A DNA stretch of 64,000 bases from Monocercomonoides exilis PA203. Taxonomy: Eukaryota > Protista > Preaxostyla. The DNA is taken from contig LSRY02000014.1 in NCBI GenBank assembly GCA_001643675.2, forward strand, positions 1,240,001-1,304,000, given 5' to 3'. The first letter of the stretch is position 1; each line of letters begins with the position of its first letter. The notes under the pieces were generated by a model that worked only from the letters and a program-made list of their open reading frames with translations, did not search any database and had not been told where the DNA came from. The translations under genes were made by a program, and so were the position numbers. This document shows positions 10,499-22,900 of this stretch, one piece after another.

Positions 10499-13400
10499 TT
10501 GCGACAAATACCTCAATTGTTTGTTTCTTTCCGAAAGCAAGAAACGATACAAAACGTTCGCCATTGCCTTTTACAAGTTGGAATGCCATATTTACAGAAC
10601 GACGGCGAAGATAAACGTGGATTGCCTCTATTCTGCTGTGCTTTTACAAAAGAAATTGTTCGTTTATTTTGGCATTTGCTTCCTTTAATTGGAATTGACT
10701 TTAAATATAATGATCGAAACAGATGCTTCGCAATATCAACATTGCAACAACAGCCAAATTTGATGAATATATGTGCAATGGATTCATGTCTTTCGTGCTT
10801 AAGCTTTTTGGCTTCAATTGCAAATAATATCGATGATTCCAAAGATGCATCTTCTGTTGAAGGAATAACGGAATTCTCAAGAATTCGACTTTTCATTTGG
10901 AGAATACTTCCTATCATCGACGGTATTCTATTAACGATACAAAATTGGAATTTGAACACACGCGAGATATTGAGCATTGCTGCAAGTGAATGCAGAATTA
11001 CTTTATCTATTCTTCAGAAGGAAATGGACTCTGCAACAAGGACAATGGAATGGATTGCAGTTCAAGAGGTGAAGAAAAAGACTGAAAAGAAAAAAGAAAC
11101 AGATATTTCCATTCGCTACTTATCTTGGCACATTGTTTCATTCTCGAAATGGATTGAAGAAATTCTAATGGGCTTGATGGAACACATAACAACTCGAATG
11201 AGTGAAGAAGAAAATTATGACGAGGAAGAGGAAGAGGATGAAGACGAGGAAGAAGAAAATGAGGATCAAAAAGAAAACAAAGAAACATCCAAATTCATTG
11301 AAGAAGTCAGACCACACAACACCAAAGACAATGCAACCAAAAGACATCAAAACAGAAACACCACAGAAATGCCTCAGTCAACAGAGCTTGCTGAAGCCGC
11401 ACATTTGAGCGATCTGCTGCGTCAGGAGGTCGAACTGGGCATTTCATACGGCGTTTCGTCTGACGGGTCGCCGTTTGCCTCTGTTCCGCTTCTGCTGCTG
11501 ATGATGTTTTTTGGGAAAACCAGCAATCTTCCCCCCAAGCCATCAATCACAGAATTCGCTCGCATCGCAGCCAGAAAGGAGGCTGCGTCTGCGTCTGCGT
11601 CTTCTTCCTCTGCAGCGTCTGATCTTTCGTCCTCTGCGCTTCTCCCTTACACGGCATTTGAGTCACTTGCCCATCAGATCTCTGTTGTCCTTGGAGCTTC
11701 GCTGTCACAGCCACTTCTGTTGGTGCTGCAGACGCAGACGGCAAAGAAGAAGAGCGTTGCACAGATGGTTGATGAGTACAGAAAGGAGAAGGAAAGCGAC
11801 CGAGCGCTGTTTCGTGAGCTGTCGAAGCACAGTTTGGCTGAAGAGGAACTTTCAAGCAACAGACTAAGCACATCTATGTTAGAAGAAGATGATTCAGATG
11901 ACAAGAATTTTGCATTCCATTCATCTTCCTCAAGGAATTCCTCCTCACACACCGCCGATTCCTCTGACTCCTCGTCTGAAACTGTCTCTTCCTCTTCCTC
12001 AGCGCGTCGTGTGCCGTCTTTGCTGAAGAGAAACCAGCAGATGGCTGTGACGCTGCTTCAGATGCTGCTGAAGATGGGGAGCTCAAACAACAACACAGAG
12101 ACAAGGCAGGGGCCGATGGACGAAGCAGAGCTGATCAACATCGACTCGATGGCAGATAACCTGTTTGACTTGCTGTCCAAACAGGATTTTTCAGTGGAGA
12201 AAGAAGAGGAATACAGAGTTAGTTCTATGACATCATCATCATCATCTTTATCTTCTTCATCTTCTCTTTCTTCAGTGACTCTTCCTGACAGTGCATCGAT
12301 GGGTGCAATAGGACTGATTTGTGATCTTATTATCCGATCGCCTTCACGTTTGATGCCTCGTCTGTTCGCATTGTTGGATTCTCCTTTGCCCACAGCAAGT
12401 AATAATGCTCTGTATGTTCTGTCAGAGATTGTGAAGAAAGAGGAGAAAGCTCAGAATGAAGAGGATGAAGAGGAGGATGATGATGATTCGGAAAGCGAAG
12501 AAGAAGAAGAAGAAGAAGAGAAAAAAGAAAGCGCTAACTCTCAATCAAACAACTCAGAATCAGAAAGCAAAACAACCCCCAAACCAACAAAGCCATCAAA
12601 GTCATCCTCTTCCTCGCAATCTTCCTCCTTTGCCCGCTCCACTCTTCTCCTCCGGCAGCTTGCCGTCCGCCTGCTCCCTCGTCTCAACGACAGCCACCTC
12701 TTCACTGTGACTGCCACCTCGCGTCTATTTGGGCTGCTGGATCCCATTGACATCCAGCCAGTGCTTGTGAGAGCTCTCTGCCAGAGACTAACACAGAACA
12801 CGGTGGATAGCTACAAGGAAAGAGGGGCTGGTGGGCAGAGTGAGCTGCTGCACCGGACTGGGGCAACTGAGGCGCTGGTGGCGACGCTGAACGGGAAAGG
12901 GAAGAAGCAGTGGCTGGAGAACATCACGAGGCAGAAAGAGGAAACAAGAGAAGATGGAGTGAAATCATCGTCATCTTCTGCTTCTGCATTGTCATTTGGA
13001 GGTTTGTCTTATCCAGGCAGTAACAATGACACCTATAACACCAACAACAACACCATCAGTCTCCACACCATTGAAAGATATCTCCCTTTCCTTTCATTAC
13101 TCGACTGCGGATTCCATTCTCCTCTTTCTCTGCATCGCCCATCCACATTCGATGTGCCGTTGTCTCCAGCAGACATTGGAGTTATTCCCCCTTCTCCAAA
13201 TCAGAGCGACGCATCCTCTGCATTGAGTGGTGTGCTGTTGGTGATCAACAAGTGGATGATGAGTGCAAGTGCAACAGATGTGGCGAGTCTGTTCAAGTTT
13301 CTGCTGGATTATGTACTGCCTCAGGTGATTAGAGAAGAAATGACTGTGGAAAATAGATTGGGGATGATATCATCATCATCATCATCATTAACATCGTCAC

Positions 13401-16400
13401 AGTTGATTGAACAACAAATATCTCGACATACACAAGCCGCTTCAACAACAACCACAAAACCAAATGCAACTTCTTCTTCTTCTCTTCCTCCTCCCCAATA
13501 TTTCACCGGGATCTGCTCTGCTTCCCCATTCATTTCAAAGCACTCTTCCACTCTTTTATCACTTCACCAGAGGAGTCTGCTTCCTCCTTCACTTCCAATG
13601 CTCCACTGGCAGTCTCAATCATCAGCTGCATCTTTCTTTCTTTTGCTCTCCTTTTTCAACCAGAACGATTGTTCTTCTTTTCTCAAGCTGTTCAAACTGA
13701 TCCTTCCTTTTGTGCAATCACAACGTGGTGCATCTTCTGCTTTTTCTGCTTCTGAATTGCTTTCTCCTCAATCTGCCATTTCATCCATTATTGTTCCTAT
13801 CACTTCAGTTCTTCGTTCTTCTATGGCTTCTCTTCAATCTTCGCGTCTCAACTCTTCAAGTAATTCTTCTCCTTCTCCTTCCCCTTCTCATCCTCCTTCT
13901 TCTCCTTCATCTTCTCCACTTCCTGTTCTCTTTCCTCTGCTTCTTCTTTCTGTTCTTCCTCCAAATTTGTTCAATTTCTCTTTCGAATCATCATCAACTT
14001 CTTCTTCTTCTTCTTCTTCTTCTTCCTCCTCTTCTTCTTCCTCTTCAGAAGAGGAGTATTCGAATCAATGTGCATTGTGTGCTTCTCAACCGCCAGCACT
14101 TAATTCTCTTTTCGAACTATTGAAACAACTTCTTTTTGCAAACACTGTTTCTTCTTCTTCTCCTTCTTCTTCTTCTTCTCCTTCTCCTTCTTCTTCTCCT
14201 TCTTCTTCTTCCTCCTCCTCTTCTCCTTCTCATCTTCCTTCCCCTTCCCCTTTTCATTCACCAGAGATCATCCACATCGCTTCCAGACTCCTCGGGAGAT
14301 TTGGCATTCATCGTCTGTTTGTTCACCAAAGCTGCTTTTCTTCTTCTTCCTCCTCTTCATTATCACCTTCTTCTTCTTCTCCTCCTTCTTTTTTCCCTTC
14401 TTGTTTCACCCAATTTTGCAATCCTGACTCTGTTTCATTCCCTTTTCATTGGATTTGTTCCAATTCAATTCCAATTTCGACTTCACAGAAAGAATTACAG
14501 AGAACAAACGATGAGACAGACACACGATTAATTCGCTCTGTTTCTTCTGCTCTCAACAATGTTCGTCCTTTTGTGCTTGTTTTATGTCAGCTGTGTGGAA
14601 TAGAGAAAGAGAAAATGTTTTTTTCTTGTGCGAAAAAAGATGAACGTTCTGCAAGTGATTCATCATCATCGTTTTCTTCTTTGTCTTCTTCTTTTGCTTC
14701 CTCCTTCTCTTCTTCTTCTTCTTCTATTTCTCCGAACCTTTCTATTTCTCCGAATTCTTCTTCTTCTTCTTCCTCCTCTTCTTCTCCTTCTTTTCTGCCA
14801 GATCTTCCATTGTCTCCTTCTCTGATGATGACACTGAGATGGATGCTGCAGATGCTCATGTGGACAGGATGCGTGGAAAGCCAAATAATTGATATGATTT
14901 CTTCTGGTTCTTCTTCTTCTTCTTCCTCTTCTTCTTCTTCTGCTTCCTCTCAATCATCATCATCATCTTCTTCTTCTTGTAAAAATTCTTCTTCCTCTTC
15001 CTCTTCTTCATTATCATTATCATCATCTAATAACACATCATTCCTGTCACACATAACCAATCCGAATGAAATGCGTGTTCTGTCTGAACAGATCTCAAAG
15101 ACGAAGATGGCATGCCTTGATTCTCTTGCTTCACTTTTAGTAGCGTCTTTCAGCAAAAACATAGAAGAAGATAAAGAATTGGTTGATGATGATGAAGATG
15201 AAGAAGATGAAGATGAAGAGAGGAAAAGAAGGGAAGAAGAAGAAGAAGAAGAAGATAATGATGATGAATATCAAAGAAGAGGAGAAAGAAAAAAGAATGA
15301 AAAGGAAAGCCACACCAGATTTCGGAAGATTGTTGAGATTTCATCAGAGCCAATTGCAAGCAAAGAAGAAAAGAAAAACAACAACAAAAAAAGTTCAATG
15401 CAAAACAATGAACATTTGGCGAATCAATTTAAAGAATGGTTTTTGAATGCATTTCTTGTTTCTCATATGAAAATAACAGGCTTGTATGATGTGCTGCCTT
15501 CATCCTTTATGAAGGACATGTTTTATTCTATCACAGCACATGGACAAGATTCATTGTCATTATTGTCAACATCTTCTTCTTCTTCTTCTTCTTCTTCTTC
15601 TTCTTCTTCTTCGTTTTCTTCTCCTTCTCCTTCTCCTTCACCCTCTTCATCCCCACCACAACTGCCTCATCCTCATCATCTCCTCTCTCATTCATTCAAT
15701 TGCTCTGTCTTTACTCTTCTTTCGCGCTCTATCATCCTGTCAACCACATGCCATCGCAATGTCTTCCTCTCTTTGTTCACCCGCTTTGCCGATCTGCTCA
15801 TTCAGATTGCTCTTGAACAGAACTCTTCTTCTTCTTCTTCATTATCTTCTTCTTCTTCATCGCCTTCTTTGTCATCTTCATCAACCTCATCAACATCTTC
15901 TTCTTCTTCTTCTTCAAATTCTTCTTCCTCTTCTTCTTCTCCCTCTTCCTTCTGCTTCTGCCGCAGAGCCTCTGCTGTGCAATGCTTAATTCTCTTCCTC
16001 AACACTTTCAATGTCAGTCTTTCTCCTTCTCTTTCTCAGCACATTTCTTCTTCTCAATCACAAAATTTCAATGAACAGAAAGGAAATCCCACTCAAATGC
16101 AGCTGATTTCCCCTATTTCTGGTCTTTCCTTAAGCCATTTCGACCCATTTGCCACAGAAATACAAAGTTTTATTCTTTCGCTTTTCCGGCAATCTCCTGA
16201 AAGTTATGTGAATGGATCAAAAATTAACATAACTTCTTCTTCTTCTTCTGATAATGCTTATGATCAAAATTGCTGTCATTTTTCAAGATGTGCTGAATTT
16301 TCTCAGCTCCGTCGCTTAACACTCCAACTAGCTGGTCTGTTTTTGATCATTTCGTCACATAACAACCCAACACCTGGAACAAATCCTCTTTCTGCGATTC

Positions 16401-16615
16401 TCAATGAAGAAGCTTATGCTATTCCTTCTGTATTGAAATTAGACCCACAACAAAATAATGATGATATTGATGATCCAGTCAAAAGATATGGAAACTTGGT
16501 GATTGGAATAAAGAGACTGTTAACGCAGCTCTCAAGCACAGATAAAGATCCTGAAATTGTTTCAATGTCTATGAAGTTTTTGAACGCTTCTGGTTTAATA
16601 AATGTTAGCGAATAA
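10499..16615 (+). CDS. Large helical (HEAT/ARM-like) protein interrupted by poly-Ser and poly-Glu tracts; start uncertain
   Basis: 6.1-kb ORF; amphipathic segments such as LMPRLFALLDSPLPTASNNALYVLSEIV and LAVRLLPRLNDSHLFTVTATSRLFGLLDP look HEAT-like. First in-frame ATG is at 10583, but the frame is open from 10307. Confidence 0.7.
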   Translation: MRQIPQLFVSFRKQETIQNVRHCLLQVGMPYLQNDGEDKRGLPLFCCAFTKEIVRLFWHLLPLIGIDFKYNDRNRCFAISTLQQQPNLMNICAMDSCLSCLSFLASIANNIDDSKDASSVEGITEFSRIRLFIWRILPIIDGILLTIQNWNLNTREILSIAASECRITLSILQKEMDSATRTMEWIAVQEVKKKTEKKKETDISIRYLSWHIVSFSKWIEEILMGLMEHITTRMSEEENYDEEEEEDEDEEEENEDQKENKETSKFIEEVRPHNTKDNATKRHQNRNTTEMPQSTELAEAAHLSDLLRQEVELGISYGVSSDGSPFASVPLLLLMMFFGKTSNLPPKPSITEFARIAARKEAASASASSSSAASDLSSSALLPYTAFESLAHQISVVLGASLSQPLLLVLQTQTAKKKSVAQMVDEYRKEKESDRALFRELSKHSLAEEELSSNRLSTSMLEEDDSDDKNFAFHSSSSRNSSSHTADSSDSSSETVSSSSSARRVPSLLKRNQQMAVTLLQMLLKMGSSNNNTETRQGPMDEAELINIDSMADNLFDLLSKQDFSVEKEEEYRVSSMTSSSSSLSSSSSLSSVTLPDSASMGAIGLICDLIIRSPSRLMPRLFALLDSPLPTASNNALYVLSEIVKKEEKAQNEEDEEEDDDDSESEEEEEEEEKKESANSQSNNSESESKTTPKPTKPSKSSSSSQSSSFARSTLLLRQLAVRLLPRLNDSHLFTVTATSRLFGLLDPIDIQPVLVRALCQRLTQNTVDSYKERGAGGQSELLHRTGATEALVATLNGKGKKQWLENITRQKEETREDGVKSSSSSASALSFGGLSYPGSNNDTYNTNNNTISLHTIERYLPFLSLLDCGFHSPLSLHRPSTFDVPLSPADIGVIPPSPNQSDASSALSGVLLVINKWMMSASATDVASLFKFLLDYVLPQVIREEMTVENRLGMISSSSSSLTSSQLIEQQISRHTQAASTTTTKPNATSSSSLPPPQYFTGICSASPFISKHSSTLLSLHQRSLLPPSLPMLHWQSQSSAASFFLLLSFFNQNDCSSFLKLFKLILPFVQSQRGASSAFSASELLSPQSAISSIIVPITSVLRSSMASLQSSRLNSSSNSSPSPSPSHPPSSPSSSPLPVLFPLLLLSVLPPNLFNFSFESSSTSSSSSSSSSSSSSSSSEEEYSNQCALCASQPPALNSLFELLKQLLFANTVSSSSPSSSSSPSPSSSPSSSSSSSSPSHLPSPSPFHSPEIIHIASRLLGRFGIHRLFVHQSCFSSSSSSSLSPSSSSPPSFFPSCFTQFCNPDSVSFPFHWICSNSIPISTSQKELQRTNDETDTRLIRSVSSALNNVRPFVLVLCQLCGIEKEKMFFSCAKKDERSASDSSSSFSSLSSSFASSFSSSSSSISPNLSISPNSSSSSSSSSSPSFLPDLPLSPSLMMTLRWMLQMLMWTGCVESQIIDMISSGSSSSSSSSSSSASSQSSSSSSSSCKNSSSSSSSSLSLSSSNNTSFLSHITNPNEMRVLSEQISKTKMACLDSLASLLVASFSKNIEEDKELVDDDEDEEDEDEERKRREEEEEEEDNDDEYQRRGERKKNEKESHTRFRKIVEISSEPIASKEEKKNNNKKSSMQNNEHLANQFKEWFLNAFLVSHMKITGLYDVLPSSFMKDMFYSITAHGQDSLSLLSTSSSSSSSSSSSSSSFSSPSPSPSPSSSPPQLPHPHHLLSHSFNCSVFTLLSRSIILSTTCHRNVFLSLFTRFADLLIQIALEQNSSSSSSLSSSSSSPSLSSSSTSSTSSSSSSSNSSSSSSSPSSFCFCRRASAVQCLILFLNTFNVSLSPSLSQHISSSQSQNFNEQKGNPTQMQLISPISGLSLSHFDPFATEIQSFILSLFRQSPESYVNGSKINITSSSSSDNAYDQNCCHFSRCAEFSQLRRLTLQLAGLFLIISSHNNPTPGTNPLSAILNEEAYAIPSVLKLDPQQNNDDIDDPVKRYGNLVIGIKRLLTQLSSTDKDPEIVSMSMKFLNASGLINVSE

Positions 16616-16978
16616 ATAATTGTTTATTTCGATTATTTATTTTTGAATTTTTTGTGAATAAGTTTTTTTACCTTCTTTTGAAATATTTACTAAAAATTTT
16701 TAACAAATGATATTTTGGGGAATAAAATACATTAATTTGTTGCGGAATATTATTTATTTCCGACTTTAAAATATTTTGGAAAAAACTTTAAAAAGAAAAT
16801 ATGTTTAATGATCAATAATCAAAAACAAACTACTCTGAGCACATTCATTTTTATAACATTGCATTATGTTTGCACCATACATACTGTTTTTGTACACCCT
16901 GTAGTAATATTTTTTTGAATTTTAATTGCTATTTTTAGCGTATTTTTGCTGTAAGTTTTCTGAATCTCTTTCGCATTG

Positions 16979-19900
16979 ATGGCCGACCATCCATTACTTG
17001 GTCAATCATCAATTAAAAATGAAACTCGAGATGGTCATTTCAACTTAAGTCTTGCTGATGATCAACTTTTTTCCTCCGCTATTCACGACTCTCAGCAAAA
17101 CTTTAATGGTCAGAACTTCCAGCTTGAAGTTGATTCTTCGCACTACGCTCATTATGCATATCACAACGACGATAAGTCTTCTTTGAAACTTCCCGAGCTT
17201 CGTTCCACTCCGCCTGTCTTTGATTTGAACTTACCACAATCATCATCTTTTTGGCCCATTCCGTTTTCACCACTTCATTCAAATACTGCTGTTGGTGCGA
17301 ATGAAACTCACAATCAAGTTAACAACGATGAACTTTCCGAGGAAACAGAAAACCAGCAGGCGAAAACAAACGAAAACGAATCTCTTTCTTTAAAGACTTC
17401 CAAACTTCCACAAACGTATTCATTTTTGAGCCACTTCGAAGGACTTCCTTCTTTAATTCCATCATTTGCAGATTCTTTTTCACCACATATGGGTAATGGT
17501 ATATATTCGCCACATGAATATGTCCCAACATTAACTGCACGTCAAGTGACAACTCCAGATGGGATGTGTGTGCCAATAAACAGTGAACAGGCAAGTAGCC
17601 ATCATGAAAAAAGTGAATTACCTTTTCAAAATGCCGACGGAGAGAAAACGAGCAATAAGAATGATGCTTCAAACGTTACTAACACATATAACCGACAATT
17701 GAAAATCGAAACAATTATGTGTTCTCAAACGCCACCTCCAGATCAACTTTTACGGATCAACGAGCATCTCCGCACGAAAGAAACAACTCCACACTCTTCT
17801 CCTTCTGGCTTGTCTTTGTCTTCTCCGTCACCTCATGAGCCGCTGCATTCCTCGTCATTGATTCATTCCATACCTAATCTCTCACCTTCTTATTCGCACT
17901 CACCAGGATTTCTATCAACTTCCCCGCTTCTCTCTTTCTCCCCCATCACACCTTCCATCGCTGCTGGAGAGCCCACAGCGTCGCCTGCAGAGGACACGAT
18001 TACTTCATCTTTGACCTCCCTTTCACCGAGTGACGGCTTGGCAGTCACTGACAACACAGATATTTCTTCGCTGATGCCTAGATTATCTCCGTTGCCAGGC
18101 GAAGATTCCGCTCCGGACTTGGGAAAATTGCAAAGCGACAAGTTTTTCAAGTTTAAAGCGCTTGGGATGGACGAGCCAGTGTCTACAATGCAGTCAGAGC
18201 AGTCGTATTCAGACGATGCATCAGAAATACAGCAGAAGCAACAAAATCAACAAAAGCAACAAAAGCAGGAAGGAAAATTAGCGAATTTATATGAAGAACT
18301 TTCTCCATCAAAAGACTCAAATAAATCAGATGAGCACAACCCAAGTCCGGAGTCTGATACTAAAATTGATTCTTCTTTGAAACAACCAAGCAATAATATC
18401 AGAAATTCTTCTTCTTTTTCCTCTTCTTCTTCTTCTTCCTCCTCCTCCTCTTCATCTTCTCAGTCACCTCATTCCTTTTCTCCTCAATACACTTCTGCTC
18501 AACTTCCACATCATCACACACGGACACGCTCTGATGTGCATATGCAATCGCATGCACGCTCATTCGTTGATTCTGTTGATTATCCTCATCCTCATCTTCA
18601 TCCTCATTCACACATTCATTCCCATTCTCATTCTCATTCTAATGTTCCTTCAAACACACATTTGAATGCTTATTCTAATATAAATACTGATATTCCCTGT
18701 AATAAACAGTCAAATGCTGCGTCTTCTAACACTCATTCTGATATTTCCTCTGATATCCCTTCTTATTCTCGCTCTTATATTCTTCCCCATTCTCATTCAA
18801 ATTCACATTCGCATGTTCATTCACGCACCCACTCCGACCTTCCATTGCTTGGCTTGCCTTCTGCCGATGATCATTCCAGAGGAAAAGGCAATAATCAGCT
18901 GTTCCTTGCACTTCATTTGCCTCAACATCAAAATTCTTCTTTCTTTTCTTCTTCTTCTTCTTCTTCTTCTTCTTCTTCTTCTTCTTCTTCTTCTTCAGAT
19001 GTTATTCCTTTCTCCTGTAAATTAACTGATTCTTCTGATTCTGTTGATAAAAATCCACTTATTCCCATTTTATCATCTTCATCATCATCTTCTTCCTCTT
19101 CTTCCTCTTCCTCCTCCTTTTCCTCTTCTTCCCCCTCTTCTTCATTCAACCCACATCCACCTCAACATAACAACAAAGACTCTTTTAATCAAAAACACAG
19201 TGTTCATCTGATTTCACTAGAAGCAGATGAAAACATGAAAATCGAAGAATTTAAATCTAATTCAAGAATAACATCAACATCATCAACATCTTCTTCTTCT
19301 TCTGCTGCTTCTCAGAACAATGCTGCAGCACATCATAACACTGAAAGTTCTATAAAGGATTCTTCTTCTTCATCCTCTTCTTCTTCTTCCTCATCTCCAT
19401 CATCATCATTAACAACAGCATCATCATCAAAAAGTTCTTCTTCTCCTCATACTCCTCCTCCTCCTTCTTCTTCTGCTGCTGCTGCGGTTGCTTTGCATCT
19501 CAGCCATTCACATAGAGAACAAGTCGACTCATCTTCCCCTTCTCCATCTTCATCTTCCATCTCTAAATCTTCTCCTTTTTCCCATTCAACACATTCTTCT
19601 TCTCTGTCTCCTCCTTCTCCTTCTTCACCTCCTTCTCCTTCCTCTTCCACTTCCACTTCCACTTCTTCTTCTTCTTCACATGTCAGTGTTGACATGGGTT
19701 CTTTGCCTGATTTGCCATCACGTGATGAATTGCCAGATATCACAGATGAACAAATAATGATGAAGATGAAAGACGAAGAAAACAAAGAAGCAGATGAAAA
19801 AGAAAAAGAAGGGAAAGAAGGGAAAGAAGAAGTATCCAGAAAAGAAACAGAAGAAGCTGAAAACAAAGATAAAGACAAAGAAGAAGAAGAAAAAGAAAAA

Positions 19901-22900
19901 GAAGATTGTCAAATAGAGTTAGAAAGAAGAAGCAGAAGCAGAAGCAGAAGAACAAGACGAATTAACAAAGAAACCACTCAATCTCAACCTCCATCCAAAA
20001 CAAGAGCAAAGCTGTTAGAAAGAAAGAGAATGGGCCATCACAAAAAGCAGAAAGAAAACCGTTCTGTTTCGTCCTTCACCCTCTCCACAATCTTGTCTGC
20101 CCCTTCTCATTCATCTTCTGATAGATCTGGCGATATTCATTCAGGAGCTGCTTCTTCTTCTTCTTCTTCAAATTCTCCTTCTTTTCCTTCTCCTTCTCCT
20201 CCTTCTTCTCATTCTTCTCATTCTCCTTCTTCAAATTCTCATTCAATTTCTCCTTCTCCTTCTCATTCTCATCCAAACAACAAAAACACTCATATGTCTT
20301 CAAGTCATTCATCATCAGCATCATCTTCTTCTTCTTCTTCTGGTGCTGCTTCTTCTTCTCCCTCACCATCTCCATCTCCATCTCCATCACCATCATCTTC
20401 ACATTCTGCCTCTCCTTCTTATTCCCCTTCTTATTCCCCTTCTTATTCCCCCTCACCTTCTCCTTCTGCTTCCCCTTCTTCTTCTCCCTCTGCTTCTCCA
20501 TCTGCCTCTAACTCAGCTTCTTGCTCATCTTCGCATTCTTCTCGTTCTTCTCGTTCTTCTCGTTCTTCTTCATCTCGTTCTTCTTCATTGTCATCTTCTC
20601 AATCTTTATCTTCTTCTTCTTCTCATTCTCATCCTCCTTCTCCTTCTCCTTCTCCTTCTCCTTCTCTTTCCTCTTCTTCTCTTTCTTCTTCTTCTTCTTC
20701 TTCTTCTTCTTCTCTATCTTCTTCTCTTATTTCTTTGGTTGAGACTGTTTTGGCAGCACCAGAGAAAAGTGTGTTTTTAGACAGAAATGCAGCACAATTG
20801 AAGAAAAGCTTGGGAACAAAGAGAAATAAATTCCATAGGAATAATAATAAACACAAACTTAATCAGAATAAAGTGCAAAGTCTTAATGATGTTAATGATG
20901 ATGTTGATAATCATAGAAGAACTGATAGCTATGATGATGGTGATGGTGATAAAGATGAAGGCGATGATGATGATGATGCTGTTGTTGATAGAAGAAAGGA
21001 TAACAAAAAAGAAGAAGAAGAAGAAGAAGAAAGAAATGTAGTGGATAAAAAAGAAGAACAAATTAAAAAGAACAAGGAGGAGACAAAAGAAGGAGGAGGA
21101 GGAGGAGAAGAAGAAGAAGATAAAGAAGAGCAAAGAGAAGAATTGAAAGAAGAAGAAGATGATGATGACGAGAATGAATGCAATGAAGACAAAGAATCAT
21201 CCCCCAATGACTCAAACACAAGAATAAAAAGAGATCAAATCCCCAAAAAGCAATGGAAGCTGAGCAAGAAAGAGCAGATGCGACTGCGAAGATTATATTT
21301 GAAGCACCACTTGAAGCAGCAGCGCCTTCTGAGGCAGTTTCAGATGCAGAAGCAGGCAATTGCTATTGCACAAGCGCAGGCACAGATTCATGCGAAGATT
21401 CAGGCTCAAGCTCAATCACAGGCTCAATCACAAGCTTATTCATTATCTCGTTCTCATTCAAATATTGTTCCTCATTCTCTTTCTGTTTCTGTTTCGAGTT
21501 CTCTGTCTGATTCTCTTCCTCGTGCCAGTTCTGTTTCGAATTCTCTTTCTCTTCCACATTCTCTCTCTAATTCTCTTCCGCATTTGCTTTCACGCACACA
21601 ACAGCCAATGGCAAATACACACAGACAGACAAATATGCTCGTACACTCACAGCAACATGTTGCACATGAGATACAAGATTCAAAAGAAGGAGAACAAGGG
21701 AAAGAAAACAAGGAAGGAAAAGAAGGAAAAGGAAATAAAGAATTCAAAGACAATAAAAAGGGGAATGAATCTAAAGACAATAAAGAAATCAAAGAAATCA
21801 AAGAAACCTCAAATTCTCCTTCACAAGAACCCAGCCCTCCCAGACAAGCCACCACGACCCCGAAACCACAAACACCACTGGAGAGATTGCAGAGGCAGTA
21901 TCAGATGATGCTGATGATGAAGCAGCAGCAGATCCTGCAGCAGCAGCGGAGCATCACACAGAGCACTCATTTGCAACAAGCGCAGATGTCAATGCAAATG
22001 CAAATGCAGATGCAGATGCAGAAAAACACACAAACGTCTTCACAGAACATGGAAGTTGCAGAGAAGCGATTGCAGAATGAGCAAGACGGGTACAACCAGC
22101 ACGGCTTTATCCAAACACGCTCAAACACAGCAGAGTTGCAATTCTCCGAAGCTGCTGGAATTTCTCCGATGCCGAACAAAGGTGACCTTTCAGCTGCTGC
22201 TAATGCTCCCTTTGCTTCTTCCGAAGGTATATTTGAAGGCGGAACCGGAATTGGAGGAGGAGGCAGCAGTAACAACAACAATAATAATAACACTATTAAC
22301 AGAGCAGATTATCCCAGCTCTTATCTGCGGCTGGTGCGAAGCAGGCGAATTTCTCCGATTGAAGGCGAAGACGGCACATTCAACGGATTCATCCGTACTG
22401 ACAGCAGGGACAGCAGCAACACTGGCACAGGAACAGGAGTTTTCTCTGGTATTGGCAAGGGAGAAGGTGATGGCAGCGCTGAAGATCAGCATCTCCGTCT
22501 CCTTCCGGCTGCCTCTCGCTCATTCGGCATGCTTCCCTTTGCTCGTTCTGAACAGCCTTTTGTTTCCGCTGCTGTTTCTTCTTCTTCTTCTTCCTCTTCT
22601 CCCCCTTCTTCTTCCTCTTCTTCTTCTCTTCCTCCTTCCATGTCTCCATCCGTCCCCCGGTCCCTCACTCAATCCTTGCCCCACCCTTCCCCTTTCCCTT
22701 CTCCATGTCCGCAGTCCCTTGAATCTCTTGACTCAGACCTGAAGAAGGCGATCGAGCAGATACACGTGCTCAGCCACAAGACACCTCAGCCTTCTTCTGA
22801 CTCTCCCATTGAGAGGCCTATATCTTCACCGCCGATGCCTCCAAGAGCGCAGTCGGTTGATTCACTGCCGGAGGAATGCTTGATTGATCCGGCACTGCTG

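Noticed and set aside
20405-20470. SPSYSPSYSPSY as RNA polymerase II CTD mimicry
   Set aside because: Only three 4-residue units inside a general S/P slippage tract; not heptads.
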